Positions 1 through 10,474 of a stretch of 64,000 nt of DNA are shown in pieces. The notes under the pieces were generated by a model, which made no database searches, was not told the DNA's origin, and saw nothing but the letters and a program-made list of their open reading frames with translations. The position numbers were made by a program, and so were the translations under genes. Position 1 is the stretch's first letter. Every line of letters starts with the position of its first letter. This stretch comes from Haliscomenobacter sp. (GTDB lineage Bacteria; Bacteroidota; Bacteroidia; Chitinophagales; Saprospiraceae), in contig JADJHZ010000007.1 in NCBI GenBank assembly GCA_016707205.1, positions 188,151-252,150 of the forward strand. The letters are read 5' to 3'.

Positions 1-1521
1 TTCCAGGTTTTTGGAGAGGGTTTCCTTCCGGTCCAGGCAGTGGTCGGTGATGGTTAGTTGCACCGGAAAGGTTCCCAACTGGTGAAACGCCCGGAAAAAT
101 TTGGGTGCCTGCACGGTATCTCCGTTTCCAAAATCCCACACAGACGAAAAACGCGGAGCCCGCAATCCCGTATCGAAAAACACGGTATCGTTGAGGCAGC
201 CTCCTTCGGGAATGGGATTGGCGTTGATGGGGCGAAAACTGGCGCCCCCGCTGTATGCGTACGATTCTACGTTGCCATATCCATAGGCGGTGGCGATGAT
301 TCCGCACCCCGAGGAGATCAGGGTATGCGCGCCGGCAGCCACCGGTAGCCTGGCGTAGGCAAAGCTTTTGCCTGGTCCGATGGTGTTAATGACCGTGCCC
401 GGGGAATTCAGCGGCTTTCCGTCGATGGTGATGAAGGCCGTGTCGGCGGTCAGGGAGATGAGATTGATGTAATTTTCGGTGATGGCTTCAAACGAGGAAT
501 TATACAGCGTCACGGTATCCCGGATCTGCTCCAGGCTGTTGAGGAATACCATGGACGGGTCGCCCACCCGGTGGCCGCTGCATCCGGAGCCTACGTTGTA
601 TTGCATCACGGCTATCGGCTTGTTGGAAGAAATATACGTGGCTTCCGATTTCCGGTACTCATAAAATGCGCCGGCATTTAAACGGACGGTATCAGTAGCC
701 TGCCCCTGAACCAGCGCGATCGTTTGGTTTTCGGAAGCCAGTATCCGGAACACGTCGAAATCGGTTTCGGCGTTGGGCACGGTGACAAACTGTTTTCCCC
801 AGGTGCTCAGCGGGTACATCTGCTCCAGCAGGTTGTCGCGGGCGCTGCAACCGGAGGGCACCTCCGTCCAGCTGGCGCCGGCAAAAAGGGCGAACGGTTT
901 GTCGCTCTCCACGAACGTTCCCGTGAGGTCTCCCTGGGCGGATTGCGCCTGAACCTGGAAGGTCTCTCCGGGGTTTAGGCGAACGAGGAGCTGGTCGCCC
1001 GCTTTGCGCCCGCCTTGCGTATCGTCGCTGAGGCGGATGCGCACCTCGGTGTCGTCTTCTACCCCCACCACAATCAATTCGGAAGGGTGTACGATCCCGT
1101 TCTGATTATACCCTCTGTAAGTAATGGCATAGTACGCGCTGCCCAGGGAGTTGGCAGGCAAGACGACGGAGGCTTCCGAACGCATGGAATGGTATTGGTG
1201 CATGTACACGGAAACGGGCAAGCTGGAACGCACCCGGATTCCGTTGGTTTGCCGGGTTTCCGAGCCGATGGTTTCCGCTGCCCCGGGGAGCCTGACCACC
1301 GTCACCTGGTTGGCCGCTACCGAAAACGCCTGGCTCCAGTTTTGCAAAGGCATTTCCACCACGCCGCTGGTAGCATACTTGGAGGTAATCATGACCACCA
1401 TGGCGTTGTTCCCCCGATCCACGTGCTCCATAAACGCCAGATAAAAATCGGTCCCCTCGTTGGTCTGGGCCTGCAAGGCAACGGAAAACAACAAGCCAAT
1501 GGCGACGGGTAACTTCCTCAT
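1..1521 (-). CDS. Large secreted surface protein, N-terminal ~507 codons only; the gene continues below position 1. It has an IgGFc-binding-like N-terminal domain followed by a PKD-type domain.
   Basis: I translated the minus strand by hand. ATG at 1521 gives MRKLPVAIGLLFSVALQAQTNEGTDFYLAFMEHVDRGNNAMVVMITS, a signal peptide plus the TDFYLAFMEN-type motif of IgGFc-binding N-terminal domains. At the window edge the frame reads …VWDFGNGDTVQAPKFFRAFHQLGTFPVQLTITDHCLDRK, a PKD-like WDFGDG motif. The frame was open in every segment I checked. The ORF track omits it because it runs off the window. Confidence 0.55.
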   Translation of the reverse strand, partial: MRKLPVAIGLLFSVALQAQTNEGTDFYLAFMEHVDRGNNAMVVMITSKYATSGVVEMPLQNWSQAFSVAANQVTVVRLPGAAETIGSETRQTNGIRVRSSLPVSVYMHQYHSMRSEASVVLPANSLGSAYYAITYRGYNQNGIVHPSELIVVGVEDDTEVRIRLSDDTQGGRKAGDQLLVRLNPGETFQVQAQSAQGDLTGTFVESDKPFALFAGASWTEVPSGCSARDNLLEQMYPLSTWGKQFVTVPNAETDFDVFRILASENQTIALVQGQATDTVRLNAGAFYEYRKSEATYISSNKPIAVMQYNVGSGCSGHRVGDPSMVFLNSLEQIRDTVTLYNSSFEAITENYINLISLTADTAFITIDGKPLNSPGTVINTIGPGKSFAYARLPVAAGAHTLISSGCGIIATAYGYGNVESYAYSGGASFRPINANPIPEGGCLNDTVFFDTGLRAPRFSSVWDFGNGDTVQAPKFFRAFHQLGTFPVQLTITDHCLDRKETLSKNLE

Positions 1522-1625
1522 AGCGCGGATTATGTCCTAAGTTTTCTTATTTTTTGTCAAAATCCAAAGGATTTTCCCTCATTCGGCACTTTTCCCTATT
1601 TTCACTCAATACGATTCTAAAACCA

Positions 1626-4559
1626 ATGTGCCGCCTTATGATCCGCCTTACCTCCCTCCTCCTCCTTGTATCCTCTCTTTCTCCCATGTTCTCCCAGCTC
1701 CCCACCGATAACTGGGCTTCCCAGGCCTTGCCCTGGCGCAATATCGGACCCGCCAACATGATGGGCCGCATCGCGGCGATCGATGCCCTGAATACTGACT
1801 ACCGCCACGTGGTGGTAGCCTCCGCGTCGGGCGGGGTGTTCAAGTCGCTGAATGGAGGGATTACCTGGGAGGCGATTTTCGATACCTACGGGTTCAGCTC
1901 CATCGGGGCGGTGACGCTCGTCCAGTCCAACTCCAATATCCTCTGGGTGGGTACCGGCGAGGCCGTCAACCGCAACTCCAGCGGGTGGGGCAACGGCATC
2001 TTTAAATCGGCCGACGGCGGCGAAACGTTCCAGCGCATGGGGCTGGAAACCACCCACCATATCAAAACCATCGCCGTGCACCCGTCCAGTCCGGATATCG
2101 TGTACGCCGCCTCTCCTGGCCACCTTTGGGGGTATTCCGGCGACCGCGGCCTCTTCAAGACCGCCGATGGGGGCAAGACCTGGCAACAAGTAACCGGAGG
2201 CCTTCCCAACGACGGCAAAACCGGCTGTTCCGACATCCTCTTCCACCCCAAAAATCCCAACATCCTTTTCGCCGCTTTCTACCAGCGCCTCCGCACGCCC
2301 TATTCCTTTACCGGAGGCGGCCCCAATGGCGGCATCTTTAAGAGTACCGACGGCGGCAAAACCTGGCGGAAACTCGTCAAAGGCCTGGCCGCAGGGCCTT
2401 CCGGCAATATCGACTTGTCGATCCATCTCGAAAATCCCAACATCCTGGTCGCGGCCTATGAAGCCGATCAACATATCCCGGAGGGGCAGCCCGGTTCGGG
2501 CGTGTACCGCTCCGACGACGGAGGCGAATCCTGGAAATTTCTCCTGAAACATAACATCCGCCCCTATTACCACGGGCAAATCGAAATCGACCCCATCGAC
2601 CCCAACCGCATCTACGTGGTGAGCCGCGATTTTCAGATCTCCACCGACGGCGGCAAGACCTTCAAGGAGCGCAGCTGGCGCACCGACGGCGGCGACGACC
2701 ACGACCTCTGGATCGCGCCTTACGACAACCAGATCATGTACCTGGCCACCGACCAGGGGTTGCGCCTCACGGTCGACGGAGGCAAATCCGTCCTCTCGTT
2801 CAACAACATGGCCATCGGGCAGTACTACGCCATCGGCGCCGATATGCGCGACCCCTACTGGATCGTGGGCGGCTTGCAGGACAACGGCTTGTGGACCGGT
2901 CCCAGCAACAGCCGGGAGGTGCGCGGCATCCTCAACGAGCACAACGCCTGGGTTGGCGAGGGCGATGGGTTTTACAGCCAGGCCGACCCTACCGACCACC
3001 GCACCCTCTACCTCGTCAACCACGTGGGGTTCGCCATGCGCCTGAATGCCGAAACCCGGGAGCATCAGTTCATCACCCCCAATGCCGAAACCATCCTCAA
3101 CTTTCGGGAATGGGCCGATCCGCTTTTTCCCGATTCCATGATCCGGTATACCATTTACCCGGGGGAGCATTGGTTTTATTATGGGGACGAGGAGCGCCCC
3201 AAGCTCCCGGCCCAGTTCCGTTTCAACTGGAACAGCCCCCTGGTGTTGTCTCCCAAAAACCCGCACACGATTTATTTCGCAGGAAACCATCTCTTTAGAT
3301 CCACCGATCGTGGCGATACCTGGCGGATCATTTCCCCCGACCTGACCACCAACAACCCCGCCTGGCGCAACCCAAGTCAAAGCGGCGGTCTCTCGAGGAG
3401 CGTGACCGGAGGCGAAAACCACTGCACCATCGTCACCGTCGCCGAATCGCCTTTGGACGAAGCCGTTGTTTGGGCGGGCACTGATGACGGAAATGTCCAG
3501 GTGACCCGCAACGGCGGCGTGCACTGGACGAACGTCAAGTCTATGATGCCGGGCGCGCCGCGCTACGCCTGGGTGAGCCGCGTCAGCCCTTCTGCCCATC
3601 AGGCTGGCCGGTGCTACGTCAGCCTCGACAACCACCGCTACGACGATATGCACCCTTATGTCTACCGGACCGACGATTTCGGGAAAACCTGGACCAATAT
3701 CAGCGCCAACCTGCCCCGGGGCAGCAGCGTATACGTGGTCCGGGAAGACCCTGTGAACCCGGACTTGCTCTTCGCCGGGCACGAGGGCGGGATTCATTTT
3801 TCGCTGGATGGGGGCAGCTCCTGGCTGCCGCTGATGAACAACCTGCCGACCGTAGCGGTGTATGACCTGCTCATCCACCCCCGCGAGGGAGACCTTATCG
3901 CCGGTACCCACGGGCGCAGCATTTGGATACTGGACGACCTCAGTCCGCTGAGGCAATGGCGCCCGGAATTGGCTTCCACTCCAGGTCATTTTTTTGCCCC
4001 CAAAACAGCCACCAAATGGCTGGAGATCAACACCGGCCGCAAGCAACCGTTCTTTGAATTCCGGGGAGAAAACCCTCATCCCGGGGCCAAACTGGATTTT
4101 TATCTGCCAAACGCGGCTTCCGGCGATACCGCGCTCATTACCGTCAGCGAACTGGCAGGCCCGCATGTCTTCTCGTTCAAAGTGCCTGCCCAAACCGGAC
4201 TGAACCGCGCCTACTGGAACTTCCGTCTGGAGCGCACCCCGGAGGAAATAAAGGAATACCAGGACCAGTTGGGGCGCGTCTTGAACCGCCTGGAACAAAC
4301 CGTCCAGGTGGAGCAACTGAAAATCAGGCTGGGAGTAATCCGGGAGGATTGGTCCGCAGCCCGGACGCCCAAAGCGTTGAACGAGGTTAGGACCCTGCTC
4401 TTCGAAGCCTTTACCGTATACGCAGAAGGCCCGGGTTTTTTTGGAAAAAAAATGGAACCCCTGGAAGCGGGCGCGGGGAGCTACGAAGTCGAAATCGAGG
4501 TAAAGGGGGTGCGGTACAACCAAATCCTGCGCGTGCGGGAAGATCCGATGAAGCGTTAA
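1626..4559 (+). CDS. BNR/Asp-box repeat protein (sortilin/VPS10-type glycosyl-hydrolase-like beta-propeller repeats), secreted
   Basis: 1001-aa ORF. There are at least ten S/TxDGGxTW Asp-box motifs (KSLNGGITW, KSADGGETF, KTADGGKTW, KSTDGGKTW, RSDDGGESW, STDGGKTF, RSTDRGDTW and others). N-terminal signal peptide MIRLTSLLLLVSSLSPMFSQ; the start is probably ATG 1626 or 1638. Confidence 0.8.
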   Translation: MCRLMIRLTSLLLLVSSLSPMFSQLPTDNWASQALPWRNIGPANMMGRIAAIDALNTDYRHVVVASASGGVFKSLNGGITWEAIFDTYGFSSIGAVTLVQSNSNILWVGTGEAVNRNSSGWGNGIFKSADGGETFQRMGLETTHHIKTIAVHPSSPDIVYAASPGHLWGYSGDRGLFKTADGGKTWQQVTGGLPNDGKTGCSDILFHPKNPNILFAAFYQRLRTPYSFTGGGPNGGIFKSTDGGKTWRKLVKGLAAGPSGNIDLSIHLENPNILVAAYEADQHIPEGQPGSGVYRSDDGGESWKFLLKHNIRPYYHGQIEIDPIDPNRIYVVSRDFQISTDGGKTFKERSWRTDGGDDHDLWIAPYDNQIMYLATDQGLRLTVDGGKSVLSFNNMAIGQYYAIGADMRDPYWIVGGLQDNGLWTGPSNSREVRGILNEHNAWVGEGDGFYSQADPTDHRTLYLVNHVGFAMRLNAETREHQFITPNAETILNFREWADPLFPDSMIRYTIYPGEHWFYYGDEERPKLPAQFRFNWNSPLVLSPKNPHTIYFAGNHLFRSTDRGDTWRIISPDLTTNNPAWRNPSQSGGLSRSVTGGENHCTIVTVAESPLDEAVVWAGTDDGNVQVTRNGGVHWTNVKSMMPGAPRYAWVSRVSPSAHQAGRCYVSLDNHRYDDMHPYVYRTDDFGKTWTNISANLPRGSSVYVVREDPVNPDLLFAGHEGGIHFSLDGGSSWLPLMNNLPTVAVYDLLIHPREGDLIAGTHGRSIWILDDLSPLRQWRPELASTPGHFFAPKTATKWLEINTGRKQPFFEFRGENPHPGAKLDFYLPNAASGDTALITVSELAGPHVFSFKVPAQTGLNRAYWNFRLERTPEEIKEYQDQLGRVLNRLEQTVQVEQLKIRLGVIREDWSAARTPKALNEVRTLLFEAFTVYAEGPGFFGKKMEPLEAGAGSYEVEIEVKGVRYNQILRVREDPMKR

Positions 4560-4623
4560 GCCAGGTTTAATTTACGGTTAAATCCTGGAAAAGCGGGGTT
4601 AAACGGGTCCAACGGGGCTTACC

Positions 4624-5925
4624 TTGGGAGCCCAAACCCGAATGATGCGCCGCACCAGAACCCATTCTTTCCAGTCCCTGTATGCCTCCCCGGTATGGGC
4701 CGTAGTAGCTGCATTTGGCGCTTATTTTTGCATGTACGGATTCCGGAAGCCGTTCACTGCGGGCGCCTATACGGATATATTCTTGTGGGGCGCCGGCTAC
4801 AAGACGGTCCTGGTGATGTCTCAGACCATGGGATATGCGCTGTCCAAATGGGTAGGGATCAAAATCATTTCAGAGATCAAAGCCCATCAGCGCGCGATCG
4901 GGATTCTGGTGCTGATCGGTTTTGCTGAGCTGATGCTGTTGGGTTTTGGCCTGGTACCCGCTCCCTGGAATTTCGTTTTTCTTTTCTTGAACGGTTTCCC
5001 CCTGGGGATGGTATTTGGCTTGGTTCAGGGCTATCTCGAAGGGCGGCGCATGGCCGAAGCCCTGATTGCCGGTTTGGCGGCGAGTTTTATCCTGGCAGAC
5101 GGGTTTACCAAAACCGTTGGCGGGAACCTGCTCCAGCAAGGCGTTTCGGAAAACTGGATGCCTTTTCTGGCGGGCCTGCTTTTTGCCATGCCGCTGTTGA
5201 TCTTCACGTGGATGCTGACGCGCATCCCCGCTCCCAGTGAAAAAGACATTGCCTACCGGGCTGAGCGCAAGCCCATGACGAAAGCCGAGCGCTGGGGGTT
5301 GTTCTGGCGTTACGCTCCCGGACTGACCGGGATATCCATTGCGTATTTGCTGATCACGATCTTGCGCAGCATCCGGGCCGACTTTGGGCCGGAGATTTGG
5401 GCAGGCCTTGGATATACGGGAGTTCCCAGTATCTATACCTATTCCGAAATGTATGTCGCGCTGGGGATCATGGCGGTCAATGGGTTAAGCGTATTGATCC
5501 GCGATAACCGCCAGGCATTTTTCACCTCGCTTGGGATTTCGGTTTTGGGCCTGGCCCTCGTCATTCTGGCGCTGTTCCAGTTGCGCGGCGAAGGCATGGG
5601 CTTTTGGTTCATGGTGGTTATCGGACTGGGCCTGTACCTGCCTTACGTAGCCGTGCATACCACCGTTTTCGAGCGGTTTTTGGCGATGACCCGCGAACCC
5701 GGCAATATCGGTTTCCTCATGTACCTTGTCGACACCGTCGGCTACCTGGGGTATGTGGGTATGATTTTTGCCAAAGACCGTATGCGCGCTTCCGGCGATT
5801 TCCTTTCTTTTTTCAGCCAGCTTTCTCTACTGATCGCTTTGGGCGGACTCCTTGCTTTTGTCTTTAGCGCGTGGTATTTTTATAGGAAGAAAACGGTGGC
5901 AGCGGTTGTGGGCGTTGAGGCGTGA
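4624..5925 (+). CDS. Polytopic membrane protein (about 12 predicted TM helices; MFS-like or DUF-type transporter-like), function unknown
   Basis: 433-aa ORF composed of alternating long hydrophobic stretches. The start could be one of several N-terminal Met codons. Confidence 0.55.
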   Translation: MGAQTRMMRRTRTHSFQSLYASPVWAVVAAFGAYFCMYGFRKPFTAGAYTDIFLWGAGYKTVLVMSQTMGYALSKWVGIKIISEIKAHQRAIGILVLIGFAELMLLGFGLVPAPWNFVFLFLNGFPLGMVFGLVQGYLEGRRMAEALIAGLAASFILADGFTKTVGGNLLQQGVSENWMPFLAGLLFAMPLLIFTWMLTRIPAPSEKDIAYRAERKPMTKAERWGLFWRYAPGLTGISIAYLLITILRSIRADFGPEIWAGLGYTGVPSIYTYSEMYVALGIMAVNGLSVLIRDNRQAFFTSLGISVLGLALVILALFQLRGEGMGFWFMVVIGLGLYLPYVAVHTTVFERFLAMTREPGNIGFLMYLVDTVGYLGYVGMIFAKDRMRASGDFLSFFSQLSLLIALGGLLAFVFSAWYFYRKKTVAAVVGVEA

Positions 5926-6045
5926 GGCATAAGGCATAGGGCTTAAGGGCGTTTGGGGAAGGGATAGGTTTGAAAGTTCAAGGGGCAAGGGGGGATAGGC
6001 AAAACCTTTGTATTTTGTGGCTATGTCACCAAACAGCGCAAGGCT

Positions 6046-6981
6046 ATGTCGACTAAGCTCATCACCGAAAAAGAATACATTGCCCGGATCAACCGGATTT
6101 TCGACTACATCGAGAAGAACCTGGACAAGCCGTTCACGCTGGAAGAGTTGGCGGAGGTAGCCAATTTCTCAAAATACCATTTTCACCGCATCTTTCTGGG
6201 CATGGTAGGCGAAACGCCCTTCCAATTCCTCTTGCGCGTGCGCCTGGAGAAGGCGGCATCCGCTCTGATCATGCATCCCCAGGAGAAAGTGGCGGACATC
6301 GCGTTCCGGTGCGGTTTTTCGGATAGTTCGATTTTCTCGAGAAGTTTCAAACAGTATTTTCAAATCCCTCCGACCGAATACCGGAGGGCGAAAAATAGCA
6401 ACCAGGATCAAGTGGTCCGCAAGGAGGGTCAACGCGAAGACGGCGTCCGCATGTACTTTTGTTTCGATTCGAAAACAATTAAATGGAAAACGAATATGGA
6501 ACAAAACAAAAGCGTGGAGGTGAAACACCTTCCCAAAACGAAGGTAGCCTATTTGCGGCACATAGGCCCCTATAAAGGCGATTCGGAGTTGTTTGGGCGC
6601 CTGTTCAACCAACTGTTTTCATGGGCCGGACCCCGCGGCTTGCTGGCGCAACCCCACTTCCAGCCTATCGTCATTTACCACGACGATCCCAGCATCACCG
6701 ATGAAAGCAAATACCGCATCAGCGTCTGCCTCACCGTGCCTGAAAACACGCCGGTAGACGGGGAGCTCGGTCTCATGGAAATCGAAGAAGGAAAATACGT
6801 CGTGGCGCGATTTGTCGTGGCGCCTACCGAGTTTGAAAAAGCCTGGAATTGGGTATTCGGCGAATGGTTCCCCTCCAGCGGCTACCAACCCGATGACAAG
6901 CCTTGCTTTGAAGCCTACCCGGAACCGGCTCATGACGGCAACATCACCGTGGATATCTGCGTGCCGGTCAAACCGATTTGA
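6046..6981 (+). CDS. AraC-family transcriptional regulator with a C-terminal GyrI-like effector-binding domain
   Basis: The N-terminal HTH reads FSKYHFHRIFLGMVGETPFQFLLRVRLEKAASAL…GFSDSSIFSRSFKQYF…PTEYRR, which is an AraC signature. The C-terminal half matches the GyrI-like small-molecule-binding fold (…GPYKGDSELFGRLF…EAYPE). Confidence 0.85.
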   Translation: MSTKLITEKEYIARINRIFDYIEKNLDKPFTLEELAEVANFSKYHFHRIFLGMVGETPFQFLLRVRLEKAASALIMHPQEKVADIAFRCGFSDSSIFSRSFKQYFQIPPTEYRRAKNSNQDQVVRKEGQREDGVRMYFCFDSKTIKWKTNMEQNKSVEVKHLPKTKVAYLRHIGPYKGDSELFGRLFNQLFSWAGPRGLLAQPHFQPIVIYHDDPSITDESKYRISVCLTVPENTPVDGELGLMEIEEGKYVVARFVVAPTEFEKAWNWVFGEWFPSSGYQPDDKPCFEAYPEPAHDGNITVDICVPVKPI

Positions 6982-7637
6982 CAACGCCTTACGCCTATTT
7001 AAAAGCTGCCATGAAAAACGACTGGAAAAAAACGGAGAAAGGGCTTTATCTACCGAAAAACAAACCGGAACGGGTGGAGGTTCCTCCCATGAATTTTTTC
7101 ACCCTCAGCGGGACGGGAAATCCGAACCTTCCCTTTTTTGCCGAATACATCGGGGTGCTTTACTCTTTGGCGTATGCGGTCAAAATGAGTCCCAAAAAGG
7201 GAATCGAACCCCCGGGATATGCGGAGTACGCCGTTTATCCCCTGGAAGGGATCTGGGATCTGCAGGAAGCGGCGCGATCCGCCTCCCACGATCGCATCGA
7301 CAAGGATGCGCTGGTGTTCACGCTCCTGATCCGGCAACCCGATTTTGTCACTCCGGAATATGCCAGGGAAACCATCGAGCGGACCCAAAAAGCCAAGCCG
7401 CATGAATTGCTTGGCCAGGTCCGGTTTGAAACCCTGACCGAAGGGCCTTGTGTTCAGATGCTTCACCTCGGCCCTTACGACGCCGAACCCGAAAGCTTCC
7501 GGATCATGGAAGCATTCGCCCAAGTACAAGGGCTGGCGAGAGCATCCAAAATCCATCGGGAAATTTATCTTTCCGACACCCGGAAAACGCCCCCTGAAAA
7601 ACTGAAAACGGTTTTGCGCTTCCAGGTCGCGCGGTGA
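6978..7637 (+). CDS. GyrI-like small-molecule-binding domain protein. The ORF starts with TTG and overlaps the AraC stop by 4 nt; the true start may be ATG 7011.
   Basis: 219 aa. GyrI-like family pattern …PMNFFTLSGTGNP…YSLAYAVKMS…EGIWDLQE…VQMLHLGPYDAEPESF… The start overlaps the upstream stop (TTGA). Confidence 0.7.
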   Translation: MTTPYAYLKAAMKNDWKKTEKGLYLPKNKPERVEVPPMNFFTLSGTGNPNLPFFAEYIGVLYSLAYAVKMSPKKGIEPPGYAEYAVYPLEGIWDLQEAARSASHDRIDKDALVFTLLIRQPDFVTPEYARETIERTQKAKPHELLGQVRFETLTEGPCVQMLHLGPYDAEPESFRIMEAFAQVQGLARASKIHREIYLSDTRKTPPEKLKTVLRFQVAR

Positions 7638-7758
7638 TGGGGTGGTTAGTCGTTGGTGGTTGGTGATTGATTGCCAGGGCGATGTGCTTTCCCCCTTCGG
7701 AGCTCATCTTGTAGTGTTTTTTCCTAAACCATTATTTGGCGCAGTCCCTCATCCGTTT

Positions 7759-7795
7759 TGCCCCCGGCCTCGGGGTTTGTTCTTTTTTTGCCCAA
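7759..7795 (+). terminator. Putative rho-independent terminator: two adjacent hairpins followed by a T-run
   Basis: ccccg-gcct-cgggg followed by tttgttcttttttt, and a perfect 11-bp stem gttcttttttt/aaaaaaagaac. Confidence 0.35.
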
Positions 7796-8089
7796 AAAAA
7801 GAACCAAAAAAAGGGCGCTCCTTCGCCCTACCGCTCCGTGGAAAACGCCTTCGCTCTATGGGCTTCAACCGCTTTGAACACCGGTCGTTGCGTATCACCT
7901 GCATTCCAAGCGGTTGATCCCATAAGGCGATCCCGTTCTTCGAACGGGAACGGCGTTTTCCACGGGCTCCGGGCTGCGGAGGGCAATTCAGGGACAAGCC
8001 GTTAGTTATGAAAAATACTACAAGATTTAGCCTTCGGAGGGGGTAGGGGCAGGACAAGCAAGGAACGCGGGGAGGGAGGCGGCGGTCAG

Positions 8090-8192
8090 GGGACCGGCGG
8101 ATAGTTCCGCACGAAATCTGAGGATTTCGGCGAACGGGGAAATCTGAGGATTTCGGCGAACGGGGGGACCGGCGGATAGTTCCGCACGAAAT
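8090..8192. repeat. Small dispersed hairpin-forming repeat element (REP/MITE-like), arranged X-Y-Y-X
   Basis: X = gggaccggcggatagttccgcacg at 8090–8113 and 8166–8189. Y = aaatctgaggatttcggcgaacgggg, duplicated in tandem at 8114–8139 and 8140–8165. Y contains the hairpin cgaaatc-tgag-gatttcg. A related copy lies at 18441–18490. Confidence 0.6.
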
Positions 8193-8322
8193 TTGATCCC
8201 GTTTATTGCGGGACGGCGAACGCGAACGGGCAAGGATAGCTCAAAAAAAACAAAGCGACAAAGGAACCAAATACCCGGTAAACTGGATTCTTAAGGGGAG
8301 AATAGCGGACCCCTTGTGTTGA

Positions 8323-9690
<1,368 letters not shown>

Positions 9691-9698
9691 TGATTGGT

Positions 9699-9731
9699 GG
9701 TTAGTGGCTGGTGATTCACCAGCCACTAACC
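9699..9731. terminator. Bidirectional rho-independent terminator between convergent rtcB and yceI
   Basis: Perfect 15-bp inverted repeat ggttagtggctggtg-att-caccagccactaacc. Confidence 0.55.
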
Positions 9732-9746
9732 ACCAGCCACCACTAA

Positions 9747-10319
9747 CTACTTAGCTTCGTTGAGCTCGACGTTGCAGGTAATCTGGACATTTTCGCCAAC
9801 GACCAGGCCGCCGGTATCCATTTTGTTATCCCACTTCACGCCGTAATCGAAGCGGTTGACCGTTCCGGTAATTTTGAAGCCCGCTTTGGCGCCTCTCTGG
9901 GTAGCCACTTTGCCCGTGTAGACCGCATTGAATTTAACCGGCTTGGTGACGCCTTTCATGGTAAAGTCGCCGACGAGCAGGTAGGCTTTGCCTTTCTTTT
10001 GAAGGGCGCCTTTGAACTTGAGTTCAGGGTGCTTTTCTGCGTCGAAAAAGTCGGCGCCTTTCAGGTGGCCGTCGCGGCGCTCGCTGTCGGTGTTGATGGA
10101 GGCGGTTTTAGCCGAAAATTCCACGGTAGCGCCGTTAAAATCAGCGCCTTTGCTGACGACTTTGCCGTCAAATTCTTTGAACTCGCCGTCTACTTCCGAA
10201 ATCGTCATGTGCGTGACGGTGAAGCGGATGTCGGTGTGCGTTTTGTCGATCGTCCAGCTTTGGGCGTTTGTGCTGCTGATGGTCCATGCGGTCAGGAGCA
10301 AAAGGAAAAGGTTTTTCAT
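9747..10319 (-). CDS. YceI-family periplasmic (polyisoprenoid-binding) protein
   Basis: 190 aa with signal peptide MKNLFLLLLTAWTISSTNAQ. YceI-like pattern …DKTHTDIRFTVTHMTISEVDGEFKEFDG…GDFTMKGVTKPV…. Confidence 0.85.
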   Translation of the reverse strand: MKNLFLLLLTAWTISSTNAQSWTIDKTHTDIRFTVTHMTISEVDGEFKEFDGKVVSKGADFNGATVEFSAKTASINTDSERRDGHLKGADFFDAEKHPELKFKGALQKKGKAYLLVGDFTMKGVTKPVKFNAVYTGKVATQRGAKAGFKITGTVNRFDYGVKWDNKMDTGGLVVGENVQITCNVELNEAK

Positions 10320-10410
10320 TGGAGCAAATTCAGGTTAGTGAAAAAATGTATATACAACGGTTATGATAACAGCAATTCGAATCAAGTTGTTGTATAGGAG
10401 GTATCGAATC

Positions 10411-10450
10411 AAAAAAAATAGCCCCGCTTTCCTCACCGGAAGCAGGGCTA
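10411..10450 (-). terminator. Rho-independent terminator at the 3' end of the RND efflux operon
   Basis: On the minus strand the RNA reads AGCCCUGCUUCC-GGUGAGG-AAAGCGGGGCU followed by AUUUUUUUU. That is a 10-bp stem with one G·U pair plus a U-tract, 25 nt downstream of the RND stop. Confidence 0.6.
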
Positions 10451-10474
10451 GTAGGATATAAAGCACGTTATGAT

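Noticed and set aside
1617-4523. 968-aa ORF on the minus strand fully antisense to the BNR-repeat gene. Similar long antisense ORFs occur at 11258–12298 and 12383–13070 (within the RND gene), 13731–14771 (within the MFP gene), 15618–16310, 36647–37558, 54413–55609 and 56461–57438.
   Set aside because: They are Gly/Arg/Ala/Val-rich, have no motifs, and sit antisense to well-supported genes. They are the usual stop-poor antisense frames of high-GC coding DNA.
7800-8010. tmRNA, RNase P RNA, SRP RNA or tRNA in the structured intergenic region
   Set aside because: I looked for the conserved tmRNA tag/tRNA-like end, RNase P GGAAAGTCCGG/AGGGCA motifs and the SRP domain-IV motif and found none. I left it as an unclassified candidate structured RNA.
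8027-8233. 68-aa ORF, and the 118-aa ORF at 18186–18542, sharing the peptide RFRAELSAGP
   Set aside because: The shared peptide is simply the translation of the dispersed X-Y hairpin repeat. Both ORFs are intergenic and low-complexity.
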